Part shown: piece by piece, positions 19,025 through 27,539 of the stretch | How positions within the stretch are numbered: position 1 is the first letter of the stretch | How the letters are laid out: each line of letters begins with the position of its first letter | DNA from: Salinispira sp. | GTDB taxonomy: Bacteria > Spirochaetota > Spirochaetia > DSM-27196 > Salinispiraceae | NCBI GenBank assembly: GCA_965602015.1 | Contig: OZ271918.1 | Coordinates: forward strand, 256,001 to 320,000 | Reading direction: 5' to 3' | DNA: 64,000 nucleotides | Program-made: the position numbers and the translations under genes | Notes under the pieces: generated by a model | Database searches by the model: none | What the model saw: the letters and a program-made list of their open reading frames with translations, nothing else | Told to the model about the DNA's origin: nothing

Positions 19025-20323
19025 ATGAGTTATCAGTTTGAAACCCGGGCCCTTCACGAAGGGCAGGAAATATCCGAAGCAGCCCCCTCGAGGGGTGTCC
19101 CGCTCCACCGAACTGCGGCATACATGTTCAGGGACAGCGAACACGCGGCGAATCTCTTCGGCCTCAAGGAGCTCGGATACATTTACACCCGTCTGATGAA
19201 TCCGACCACTGATGTTCTGGAAAAACGGGTTGCCAGCCTGGAGGGGGGGGCAGCGGCTCTTGCGGTTGCTTCCGGGACCTCTGCGATATTCTATTCCATA
19301 ATAAATATCGCCGTCGCCGGAGATGAAATCGTTTCCTCCCGCAATCTGTACGGTGGCACATTTACCATGTTTAACGACATCCTGCCCCAGTACGGTATCA
19401 CCGTTCGCTTCGTCGATCCGATGAATGTCGACGAGGTGCGCTCGGCGATAAACGGCAAAACGAGGGCGCTGTTTATCGAAACCATCGATAACCCCACCCT
19501 AAAGGTTCCGGATTTCCCGGCCCTTTCAGATGCTGCCCACCAGGCACGGATTCCGTTAATCGTCGACAATACCTTCGGAACACCCTACTTGTTCCGGCCC
19601 ATCGAACATGGCGCTGACATCGTCGTTCAGAGCCTAACCAAATGGATGGGCGGGCACGGTACGGGAATCGGCGGTATCGTGGTGGATTCGGGTAAATTTG
19701 ACTGGACCGATCCTAAATTCGTTACCATGAACGAACCCGACTCATCCTACCACGGCCTTCGCTATGCCCATGATCTTGGCGACCTTAATCCGGTGGGCTA
19801 CATCATGCGAATGCGTCTGGTTCCCTTGAGGAACCTCGGCGCGGCGTTGAGTCCCGACAACGCATGGATGTTTCTCCAGGGGTTGGAAACTCTGCCGCTG
19901 CGGATGGAGCGGCACAGCGAAAATGCTCAAAAGATCGCCGAATATCTTGCACAGCGGCCGGAAGTTGAATGGGTTTCATATCCCGGGCTGCCTGCCGCGA
20001 AAAATGCCGCCGGAGAAGGCAGCAGTAAAAACGCCGAAAAGTATTTTACCAGAGGCGCAGGCGGGATGATCGTGTTCGGAATTCGCGGCGGACGCAGCTC
20101 CGGTGAAAAGTTTATTAACGCCTTGCAGCTGTTCAGCCTTCTGGCGAACGTTGGCGATGCCAAGAGCCTGGCGATTCACCCGGCAAGCACCACCCACAGC
20201 CAGATGTCGCCGGAGCAGCACAAAAGCTCGGGAATCGGTGAAGAGCTCATCCGGCTCTCAGTCGGAATAGAGCACATCGACGATCTAATAGAAGACCTCT
20301 CCCGGGCATTCTCCTCTCTGTGA
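19025..20323 (+). CDS. metY: O-acetylhomoserine/O-acetylserine sulfhydrylase
   Basis: YIYTRLMNPT, LYGGT, SLTKWMGGHG, LANVGDAKSLAIHPASTTH, IRLSVGIE. Confidence 0.9.
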   Translation: MSYQFETRALHEGQEISEAAPSRGVPLHRTAAYMFRDSEHAANLFGLKELGYIYTRLMNPTTDVLEKRVASLEGGAAALAVASGTSAIFYSIINIAVAGDEIVSSRNLYGGTFTMFNDILPQYGITVRFVDPMNVDEVRSAINGKTRALFIETIDNPTLKVPDFPALSDAAHQARIPLIVDNTFGTPYLFRPIEHGADIVVQSLTKWMGGHGTGIGGIVVDSGKFDWTDPKFVTMNEPDSSYHGLRYAHDLGDLNPVGYIMRMRLVPLRNLGAALSPDNAWMFLQGLETLPLRMERHSENAQKIAEYLAQRPEVEWVSYPGLPAAKNAAGEGSSKNAEKYFTRGAGGMIVFGIRGGRSSGEKFINALQLFSLLANVGDAKSLAIHPASTTHSQMSPEQHKSSGIGEELIRLSVGIEHIDDLIEDLSRAFSSL

Positions 20324-20331
20324 ATCAAAGA

Positions 20332-20367
20332 CCAGGGTTCCGGGCGTGGAAATGCCCGGGACCCTGG
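20332..20367. terminator. Strong hairpin with GNRA loop after metY (terminator or stabiliser)
   Basis: CCAGGGTTCCGGGCGT-GGAA-ATGCCCGGGACCCTGG, 16-bp stem with G:U pairs; no clear U-tract. Confidence 0.5.
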
Positions 20368-20381
20368 CTTACACTGGTACT

Positions 20382-21908
20382 GTGGATAGCCGCAGTGAAC
20401 TACAGCTCGAAGCCCTCATCAGGGCGCTGCCTCAGATTGTAGTATATCTCGATAATTCCGGAACGGTTATACGCCACAACGCGAATCTCTGCGAGATTCT
20501 TACACCCGGCGTTGAAGACATAAGCGGCGAGGCAGTCATCGACTACCTGCACCCCTGGAGCGAAAGCGATGCCCGGGAGCTCGCCCGTTTATTGGCGTTT
20601 CCGCTCCGGGAAGACGAGGATGTCCGGGTCGAGTATGCGGTTTCCCTCAAGACCAGCTGGTCTAGCCGGGGAATTTTCCGAGCAGAACTGCGCCGGTCGC
20701 CCGCATGGGATGACGGCCAGACTCCTTCGTACCTGCTTATCCTGGAAGACGTGACGAGCCTCAGGCAAATGGAGGAAGAGTACCGGAGGGTCCAGAGAAT
20801 ACAGGGACTGCTTCCTCTGATCAGGGGCTTCGGCGCGGATTATAAAGAACGGCTGACGGTGATGTACGGGAATGTGGATTTCGCCCTGGAGCTTATCAAG
20901 GACGATTCCCGCCCCGAAAGCGAGCGGCTGAGGGAAATCAGAGACAGCCTGAGTTCAATTATCAAAAATCTCGAACGAAGCAATGGCAGATTGGATAATA
21001 TTCTCTGGATGACCGACGGCGGCCGACGCAACATCGGCGAGTTTTCCCTCTCCGATGCGGTGAGGGAGGTTGGCGAACAGTCGATACTCGGAAGTAATAA
21101 AAGCCTCGACATCATAATGGGGAACCCCCTGCCTCCATTCCACGGAGATTATGAAAAAATCCTGCAGATGCTCCAGAACATTATGATAAATGCGGTACAG
21201 GCGGGAAACGAAGCCTACCAGGTGTCGGTGAGCGTCGAGTCAGTAACTCGGGCCGACGGAGAATACGCCATGATCAGCATCGCCGACCACGGGGACGGTA
21301 TGAGCCTGGATCTGATGGCCAGGGCTGAACAGCCATTCTTTACAACGAAGGACCAAGCCGATGGCCTGGGCCTGTTTATCGCAAAAAATATCGCCCTGGA
21401 ACACGGCGGCTCTATCGAAATCCAGAGCACTTCCGGAAAAGGAACAACGGTACATATGTATCTACCATTTCATCGGCATCAGCAGAAGTCTAGAGTCCAA
21501 CGACAAATACCCGATGGACTAAAAATCCTCATACTTGACGATAACCCTGATATCCAGGACATCTGGGAACGGCTTTTGTACCAGCTCGGCATACAGGGGA
21601 GTTTTGTCACCAGTCCCTCCCACGCCTACGACAGTTTTGAGCGTGCATCTCAGTCGGATTATCCCTTTCACATGGTTATTCTCGAGGACAGTCAACATCA
21701 CATTCCCGGGGTCTTTCAGCTTCTCAGAAGGATGAAAAAGCTCGCGCCGGATTTGATCGCAATTTATACTTCCAGCCACAGCCCAAGCTTTACTGTCGAT
21801 GAGCTTGTAGCAAAAGGATTCTCAGCGTATCTGCGCAAACCATTCAGGCTAATTGATTTCCAAAATGCTTTGATAAAGGCTTTGTACAAGGGCGGGGGGG
21901 GCGACTGA
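20382..21908 (+). CDS. PAS-HisKA-HATPase-receiver hybrid protein with degenerate phosphorylation sites
   Basis: N/G1/F/G2 boxes (NIMINAVQA, DHGDGM, FFTTK, GLGL); receiver ILILDD...KPF. Start GTG 20382 or 20346. Confidence 0.8.
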   Translation: MDSRSELQLEALIRALPQIVVYLDNSGTVIRHNANLCEILTPGVEDISGEAVIDYLHPWSESDARELARLLAFPLREDEDVRVEYAVSLKTSWSSRGIFRAELRRSPAWDDGQTPSYLLILEDVTSLRQMEEEYRRVQRIQGLLPLIRGFGADYKERLTVMYGNVDFALELIKDDSRPESERLREIRDSLSSIIKNLERSNGRLDNILWMTDGGRRNIGEFSLSDAVREVGEQSILGSNKSLDIIMGNPLPPFHGDYEKILQMLQNIMINAVQAGNEAYQVSVSVESVTRADGEYAMISIADHGDGMSLDLMARAEQPFFTTKDQADGLGLFIAKNIALEHGGSIEIQSTSGKGTTVHMYLPFHRHQQKSRVQRQIPDGLKILILDDNPDIQDIWERLLYQLGIQGSFVTSPSHAYDSFERASQSDYPFHMVILEDSQHHIPGVFQLLRRMKKLAPDLIAIYTSSHSPSFTVDELVAKGFSAYLRKPFRLIDFQNALIKALYKGGGGD

Positions 21909-21913
21909 TATCT

Positions 21914-22057
21914 GTGCCCCCAAAACAGCTGATTTTATGACCGTAAAACAAGGTGTGAGAATGATGTACACGATTTTTGGCGATGAGCGAAATGAACGGC
22001 AGCTAATTCCTGTCCCGAAAAATGATTAGTCGGTTTAAATCAGCTGTTTTCGGGGCA
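21914..22057. mobile_element. Short TIR-bounded non-autonomous element, copy A; right TIR interrupted by IS110
   Basis: Left GTGCCCCCAAAACAGCTGAT (21914-21933); right ATCAGCTGTTTTCGGGGCA (22039-22057), continued by CTA at 23363-23365. Reconstructed length 145 bp. Confidence 0.85.
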
Positions 22058-22232
22058 TATCTGAAAGCGGTGCCTCCCCGCAAGAGTTTTCATTGTTCTA
22101 TTACAAAAATTCTGCAAATCGGTTTTGTCCGAGTCATATCTCCGCCATCCACGTGGCATGAAAATGTCCTTCCAGGGGTGTCGCAATCACTTTGCACAGC
22201 CTCGTATTCGCGCTGTAGCCCCAAAAACGCGC
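22058..22232 (-). ncRNA. Putative bridge/seek RNA of the IS1111-type element
   Basis: Non-coding region downstream of the transposase with segments matching target (UUUUUGGGGC; AAGUG) and donor junction (UUUCAUGCCA; AGAUAUGA) around short hairpins. Boundaries approximate. Confidence 0.75.
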
Positions 22233-23285
22233 TTACCCCTGTCTGGACAAACCCGCTAATGCAGGATCTTTGTAATGCTGTTCTTTCTGCAATATCCAAA
22301 ATATTGCTTCTGCTAAGTGCCGTGCCACGGCGATTATTGCAACCTTATGATTACGTTTAGTACGAACTCTCTTGTAGAGTTTTACCGTATGTCGGTTCGC
22401 CCAATTTCTTTGATTAAGACAGGTTACATTAGCTGCTTCAGTAAGTGCCCACTTCAAGTATCGATTACATGCTTTCGATGTTCGACCATAATGAGTTTTA
22501 CCTCCGCTCGAGTGAACGCGCGGCGTTGTACCACAGTATGATGCAAAATGTTCAGCGGTCTTAAAGCGATGTATGTCTCCAATTTCATGCACAATGACTG
22601 CGCTGAGAATAAATCCGATCCCGGGAATGTATTTCACCAACTTCATTTCAGCATTTTCATCAAACGCTTCATGCATTCGTTGTTCGCAGTCGGTGATAGA
22701 TTGCTTAATAAACGCGAGATTATCGAGCTTGAGTTTCATCATGGTGCGGGTATGCTCGGGGAGTTTTGGCATTACCTTCTTCATGGCTTCTGTACCTGCT
22801 TTTCCGAACAGATCGCTCACATCATTGAATCGAAACCCATATTTCTCGAACCCGGCATGAATTTGGTTCTTTTCACGTATCAACTCCTGAACGAACTGCA
22901 TCCGGGTTCGATAGAGTTCTCGTTTATCACGCAATTCTCCTGGTGGAATCCACACAGTAGGCAGTGTGCCTGCTTTTTGAAGTTTATTGAGACCTTCAGC
23001 ATCGAGTTTGTCAGTTTTGTTAAACATGGCCATCATCAATTTTGACTTACCGGCATGTACCAGCAAGGGGTTCATGCCGGCCTCCTCAATCTCATCCACA
23101 ATCCAGTACCAACTTCCGATTGTTTCAAGTGCGACTTCCTGTCCCGGCTCAAATTGTTGGAGAAAATCACGAATACACCCGTGAGAATGTTCTATGCGCT
23201 GTGAGGATTTCCTTCCTTTTTCGTCCTCAATTGCAGCCACGGTATACCGTTTATGGCTGTCGAGGGATATAATAATACTACTCAT
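22233..23285 (-). CDS. IS110-family DEDD transposase/recombinase
   Basis: SLDSHK (D), ALETIG (E), KTDKLDA (DD), IPGIG, FASYCGTTPRVHSSGG (catalytic Ser region), AIIAVARHL; GGAGGA RBS. Confidence 0.95.
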   Translation of the reverse strand: MSSIIISLDSHKRYTVAAIEDEKGRKSSQRIEHSHGCIRDFLQQFEPGQEVALETIGSWYWIVDEIEEAGMNPLLVHAGKSKLMMAMFNKTDKLDAEGLNKLQKAGTLPTVWIPPGELRDKRELYRTRMQFVQELIREKNQIHAGFEKYGFRFNDVSDLFGKAGTEAMKKVMPKLPEHTRTMMKLKLDNLAFIKQSITDCEQRMHEAFDENAEMKLVKYIPGIGFILSAVIVHEIGDIHRFKTAEHFASYCGTTPRVHSSGGKTHYGRTSKACNRYLKWALTEAANVTCLNQRNWANRHTVKLYKRVRTKRNHKVAIIAVARHLAEAIFWILQKEQHYKDPALAGLSRQG

Positions 23286-23367
23286 TTGGTTGTCCTCCTC
23301 CGGTATTTAATATAGACCCTGACTGGCAGGATCTCGGGGGAGGCACCGCTTTCATACCATCACTATG

Positions 23368-23877
23368 TTATTTATCCTCAAGATATTTGCGAACGTCGCT
23401 TTCCGTAGCGTTTAAGGGCCCGGAAGTGAGCATGGGAGGCGATTTGATGGATTCGGCGCTCATCATTGCGGCTATCCGCTGAAGCGCGGATATTAAGTGC
23501 ATTTTTTCCCACTCTTGGAGGGCTTCGAACTCCTCGGTAAAGTCTTCCTGCAGAAGATTCGGTGCGGCGTTGAGTATGGCAAGGGCATCTTCTGAAAGCA
23601 CAATGCTCACCTTACGCTTGTCCTCGCTACTGCGCACCCTCTGTACCATCTGCTGTTTTTCCAGGCGGTCGAGAATGCTGGTTACCGTCGCCTGGCTGAG
23701 GCTGATTTTTTTTGAAACTTCGCCGATGGTTTTGCTACTGTCCTTGTGTAGCTCTTTTAGCACCAGAAGTTGCGGTCCCGTGAGTCCGTACCGCTTCGCC
23801 AGGTCTCGGGAATGCAGGTCTATTGCGCGGATTATTTGCCTGAGGGTAGTCAATATGAGTTCGCTGTAATTTTCCAC
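23368..23877 (-). CDS. MarR-family regulator, EctR/CosR-like
   Basis: LRQIIRAIDLHSR...GLTGPQLLVL...SLSQATVTSILDRLE...DKRK; divergent from an osmolyte transporter. Confidence 0.85.
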   Translation of the reverse strand: MENYSELILTTLRQIIRAIDLHSRDLAKRYGLTGPQLLVLKELHKDSSKTIGEVSKKISLSQATVTSILDRLEKQQMVQRVRSSEDKRKVSIVLSEDALAILNAAPNLLQEDFTEEFEALQEWEKMHLISALQRIAAMMSAESIKSPPMLTSGPLNATESDVRKYLEDK

Positions 23878-24119
23878 CTATCGCCTCTTACCAGACTATA
23901 ATCATACAGCGCGTCAGCTGTCTACCGTTTGGATTATGTGAGCCCGCGGCGTTACAATGTTTTGCGGCCGTTGATCATACTTACAGATTTTTAGAGCCAT
24001 AATCGTAAGGCCGCTAAATTATTATTTTTCGAAATTCGGAAAAATATCGGGATATTTCCCGTATTAAGCCATGATTACTCCTGGTTTCTCGCTACCTACC
24101 TTGAATTTCCTTGTAAAAA

Positions 24120-24137
24120 TATTTAGATTACTAATAA
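24120..24137. promoter_or_regulatory. Candidate EctR-type operator
   Basis: TATTTAGA-TT-ACTAATAA pseudo-palindrome upstream of proX, resembling the EctR1 site TATTTAGT-GT-ACTATATA as recalled. Confidence 0.5.
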
Positions 24138-24164
24138 TTGATTACAAAAATCTTAGGAGAATTT

Positions 24165-25115
24165 ATGAAAAAGTCAGTGTTTACTGTACTGAGCTCTGTC
24201 GTGCTTCTGACAGTATTTCTATTATCATCGTGCCAGCCTGCTGATGATACCGAAACCCTCGTCTTTGGTGATCTTTCCTGGAATAGTGTCCAGGTTCATA
24301 ATAGGATCGCCTCTTTTATTATTGAGAACGGTATCGGCGGTTATGAAATAGAGTACGTGGCAGCGGACACTCTGGTGACCATCAACGGAATCATTCAGGG
24401 AGATATCGACGTAGATATGGAATCCTGGCACTCGAACTTCCCCGAAGTATATGCAGAAGGTGTGGAATCTGGCTCACTGGTGGATCTGGGCAAAAACATG
24501 CCCGATGCTCCCCAGGGCTGGTGGGTTCCCCGCTATCTGATCGAGGGTGATGACGCTCTTGCGCCGACCCTCCGTTCAGTCGCGGACCTGCCCCGCTATG
24601 CCGAACTGTTCACCGACCCGGAGGATCCCTCCAAGGGCATCGTATATATGGGTACCGCCGGCTGGTCGGCCACAACCATTTCCGAAGATATTTTTGCGGA
24701 GTACGAGCTCGACGATTATTTTAATCAGGGCGTTCCCGGCTCGGGAGCCGCATTGGCCGCCACCATGGTAGGGGCATATGAGCAGGGCGAACCCTGGGTC
24801 GGATATTACTGGGCGCCCACCGCTGTTCTCGGCCGGCTTGATATGGTGCGACTTGAAGGTTCTGAATTCGATCCTGCCGATGTAAATATCATCGTTAACG
24901 ATTCGGTTCTCGAGCGGGCTCCCGACGTCGTGGAATTCCTGCGGGAATACAGCACCAGTGTTGACGACAACAACGAGTTCCTCGCCGTTATGGAAGAAAA
25001 CGAATGGGATGCCGAGCAGACCGCCATCTGGTTCCTTGAGAACAAGGAAGATGTGTGGACCGCTTGGGTTTCCGACGAGGTCGCCGACCGGGTCCGCAGC
25101 GCACTTAACTCATAA
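24165..25115 (+). CDS. proX: Glycine betaine/proline ABC transporter substrate-binding lipoprotein
   Basis: Lipobox LSSC; LSWNS, DVDMESW, QGWWVP, VGYYWAP aromatic-cage motifs. Confidence 0.88.
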   Translation: MKKSVFTVLSSVVLLTVFLLSSCQPADDTETLVFGDLSWNSVQVHNRIASFIIENGIGGYEIEYVAADTLVTINGIIQGDIDVDMESWHSNFPEVYAEGVESGSLVDLGKNMPDAPQGWWVPRYLIEGDDALAPTLRSVADLPRYAELFTDPEDPSKGIVYMGTAGWSATTISEDIFAEYELDDYFNQGVPGSGAALAATMVGAYEQGEPWVGYYWAPTAVLGRLDMVRLEGSEFDPADVNIIVNDSVLERAPDVVEFLREYSTSVDDNNEFLAVMEENEWDAEQTAIWFLENKEDVWTAWVSDEVADRVRSALNS

Positions 25116-25125
25116 GGCGCGGACA

Positions 25126-26376
25126 ATGAGCGACGTTAAAACAGATACAGGGGCGCCTAGCGCCCCTTCTTCATTTATTGAGATACGGGATTTGTGGAAG
25201 GTATTCGGGCGGGATCCAAAAAGAATCCTCAGCGATAAATACCGCGACAAGGACAAGGACTTTATCCAGGAGAAAACCGGCTGCGTGGTCGGGATGAGGG
25301 AAGTTAACCTCGAGATAAAGAAAGGCGAGTTTTACATCATTATGGGATTGTCGGGCTCCGGCAAGTCCACCCTTATTCGCAATATCATCCGCCTGGTAAA
25401 TCCCACCTCCGGGAAAATCCTCATCGACGGTGATGATGTAACCGCAATGAATGAGGCCGAACTCCTCGATTTCCGACGTCACCGTTTTGGCATGGTTTTC
25501 CAGCACTACGGTCTAATGCCCCATTTGACGGTTCTTGACAACGCTGCGTACGGCCTGAAGGTCCGGGGTCTGCCCAAGGGCGAACAGCTGGCTAAGGCCA
25601 TGACATCATTGGAAACCGTCGGCCTCAAGGGGTGGGAGGATTATTATCCCGGCAGTCTCTCGGGAGGCATGCAGCAGCGGGTGGGAATTGCCCGGGCTCT
25701 CGCCAACGACCCCGACATCCTTTTAATGGACGAACCGTTCAGCGGCCTTGATCCCCTGATTCGACGGCAGATGCAGGATGAACTGGTTGAGCTACAGGAT
25801 CGACTGAAAAAAACGATTGTGTTTGTCACCCATGACCTTCACGAAGCCCTCAAGCTCGGAGACCGGATCGCCATCATGCGCAACGGCGAAACCGTGCAGA
25901 TTGGTACGCCTGAGGAAATCGTGACAAAGCCCGCAGACGACTACGTGCGGGATTTCGTCCAGGATGCCTCACCGGCCAAGGTGATTACCGCAGGCAGCAT
26001 TATGGACAGCCCAAAGGTTCTGCTCTACGCCTGGGAGGGCCATGCGACGGCCCTCACCATTCTTCAGCAGGAAAACCGGCCAGGCGCCTTCGTGGTCAAC
26101 AAGGAAGGGAAGTTGCTGGGCGCAGCCAACCGCGAACGCCTGCAAAAGTACCTCGATGACCCTGACAGCGACAAAAGCGCCAAGCTCGCTTCCCCGGTGG
26201 TGAGGGAAATACCGACGGTCAGCGAAGACACGGTTTTGGAAGACCTATTCAGTATGGTCTCGAAACATCCCTACCCCGTGCCGGTTGTGAATGAAAAGGG
26301 CAAGCTGTTGGGCATCGTAAAAACCGATGATATTTTCGAAACCATCAGTCCTATGGGAGGTGAAGATAATGTTTGA
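25126..26376 (+). CDS. proV: Glycine betaine ABC transporter ATPase with CBS domains
   Basis: MGLSGSGKST, LSGGMQQRVG, LLMDEPFSGLDPLIRRQMQDEL; C-terminal CBS pair. Confidence 0.92.
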   Translation: MSDVKTDTGAPSAPSSFIEIRDLWKVFGRDPKRILSDKYRDKDKDFIQEKTGCVVGMREVNLEIKKGEFYIIMGLSGSGKSTLIRNIIRLVNPTSGKILIDGDDVTAMNEAELLDFRRHRFGMVFQHYGLMPHLTVLDNAAYGLKVRGLPKGEQLAKAMTSLETVGLKGWEDYYPGSLSGGMQQRVGIARALANDPDILLMDEPFSGLDPLIRRQMQDELVELQDRLKKTIVFVTHDLHEALKLGDRIAIMRNGETVQIGTPEEIVTKPADDYVRDFVQDASPAKVITAGSIMDSPKVLLYAWEGHATALTILQQENRPGAFVVNKEGKLLGAANRERLQKYLDDPDSDKSAKLASPVVREIPTVSEDTVLEDLFSMVSKHPYPVPVVNEKGKLLGIVKTDDIFETISPMGGEDNV

Positions 26377-27247
26377 GTTTCCGGAAGTAATCCGCCTTCC
26401 CCTACGCGACGGAATCGATGCAATCATGAGCTGGCTTCTACAGAATCTTGATGGCTTCTTCGATGCCATCGGCTGGGTCATCCTGCAGGTCATGAATCTC
26501 TTTGAGGCGATCTTTACAACGATTCCCTGGTTCATCCTGATAATTGCGGTGTTTTTCGCAGCATGGAAGATGATGAAGACCCTTCGTACCGCCATCGTCC
26601 TGTCGTTGATGCTTCTATTAATCGGTACTTTCGGGTATTGGGAAATGGCCATGCAGACCCTCGCGCTGGTTTCCGCAGCGGTTCTCTTTTCGCTGCTCAT
26701 TGGGGTACCCACGGGCATCGCCATGGCCCAGAGCGACCGCGCAGAATCTGTCATTAAACCCATGTTGGACGGTATGCAGACCATGCCGAGTTTCGTCTAT
26801 CTAATCCCGGCACTGATGTTTTTCGGCCTTGGGAAGGTTCCTGCCATCATCGCTACCATAATCTATGCAGTGCCGCCGGTTATTCGGCTCACCAATGTCG
26901 GTATCCGAACCGTGGACCGAGAAGTGGTTGAAGCCGCCAAGGCCTTTGGAGCGGAGAAAAAGCAGGTCCTGTGGGATGTGCAACTGCCACTCGCCCGACC
27001 GTCAATCATGGTCGGCATCAATCAAACGACCATGATGGCTCTCGCCATGGTGGTAATCGGCTCTATGATCGGCGCACGCGGACTCGGTATGGAAGTTCTT
27101 TTATCCATCAACCGCATTGAAGTCGGACGGGGCTTCGAAGCAGGTCTGAGCATTGTGTTTCTGGCCATCGTCATCGACCGACTCACCTTTGCAATATCCA
27201 AAACCGGCAATAAAACCGGCAACAAAAACAGCGGCAGAGAGAGTTAA
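26369..27247 (+). CDS. proW: Glycine betaine ABC transporter permease
   Basis: LDGMQTMPSFVYLIP, EAAKAFGA, GINQTTMMALAMVVIGSMIGA. Confidence 0.92.
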   Translation: MFEFPEVIRLPLRDGIDAIMSWLLQNLDGFFDAIGWVILQVMNLFEAIFTTIPWFILIIAVFFAAWKMMKTLRTAIVLSLMLLLIGTFGYWEMAMQTLALVSAAVLFSLLIGVPTGIAMAQSDRAESVIKPMLDGMQTMPSFVYLIPALMFFGLGKVPAIIATIIYAVPPVIRLTNVGIRTVDREVVEAAKAFGAEKKQVLWDVQLPLARPSIMVGINQTTMMALAMVVIGSMIGARGLGMEVLLSINRIEVGRGFEAGLSIVFLAIVIDRLTFAISKTGNKTGNKNSGRES

Positions 27248-27271
27248 TCCGGCGTTGCTGTTACCACCTAC

Positions 27272-27305
27272 AACCGCCCTCCGGTTCCGGAGCGGCGGTT
27301 TTTTT
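27272..27305 (+). terminator. Rho-independent terminator
   Basis: AACCGCC-CTCCGG-TT-CCGGAG-C-GGCGGTT followed by a T-run. Confidence 0.8.
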
Positions 27306-27479
27306 AGTATACGGCGATCCGACGCTTGCGCGATCCCTCGAGTTTTTCTATGCTTTTCCCAGCTTGTAATACCATGGAACCGCTAAATGTCGCCAATTGC
27401 CCCATCCACGCCCCGGGATCGGATATTGATAGAGTATTTACGCGGTACAACGTCGTTGGTACGAAGATCAGAGAGCAAA

Positions 27480-27519
27480 ATCAGCTGTTTTGGGGGCACG
27501 CCAGTTTTGGGGCACGCCA
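27480..27519. repeat. Solo TIR of the repeat family plus a tandem partial duplicate
   Basis: ATCAGCTGTTTTGGGGGCAC (27480-27499, perfect); GTTTTGGGG(G)CACGCCA at 27487-27503 and 27504-27519. Confidence 0.85.
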
Positions 27520-27539
27520 CGAGTACACAGGAGTCTGCA

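Larger units (their letters stand above)
22058..23362 (-). mobile_element. IS110-family, IS1111-type insertion sequence (about 1305 bp)
   Basis: Perfect 18-bp subterminal IRs TGAAAGCGGTGCCTCCCC (22062-22079) / GGGGAGGCACCGCTTTCA (23337-23354); CA core on both sides; DEDD transposase; long 3' non-coding region. Confidence 0.92.

Noticed and set aside
21894..21901. G8 tract as a phase-variation site
   Set aside because: It lies in the last codons of the gene, so slippage would change only the extreme C-terminus.
21908..22063. ATATCTG as a target-site duplication around copy A
   Set aside because: The right-hand copy belongs to the IS110 end; the true right flank is CTATG at 23363.
27387..27539. 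N-terminal extension of the 2TM ORF (and similarly the 40255 start of the GNAT ORF)
   Set aside because: These extensions read through TIR sequence; better starts lie downstream.
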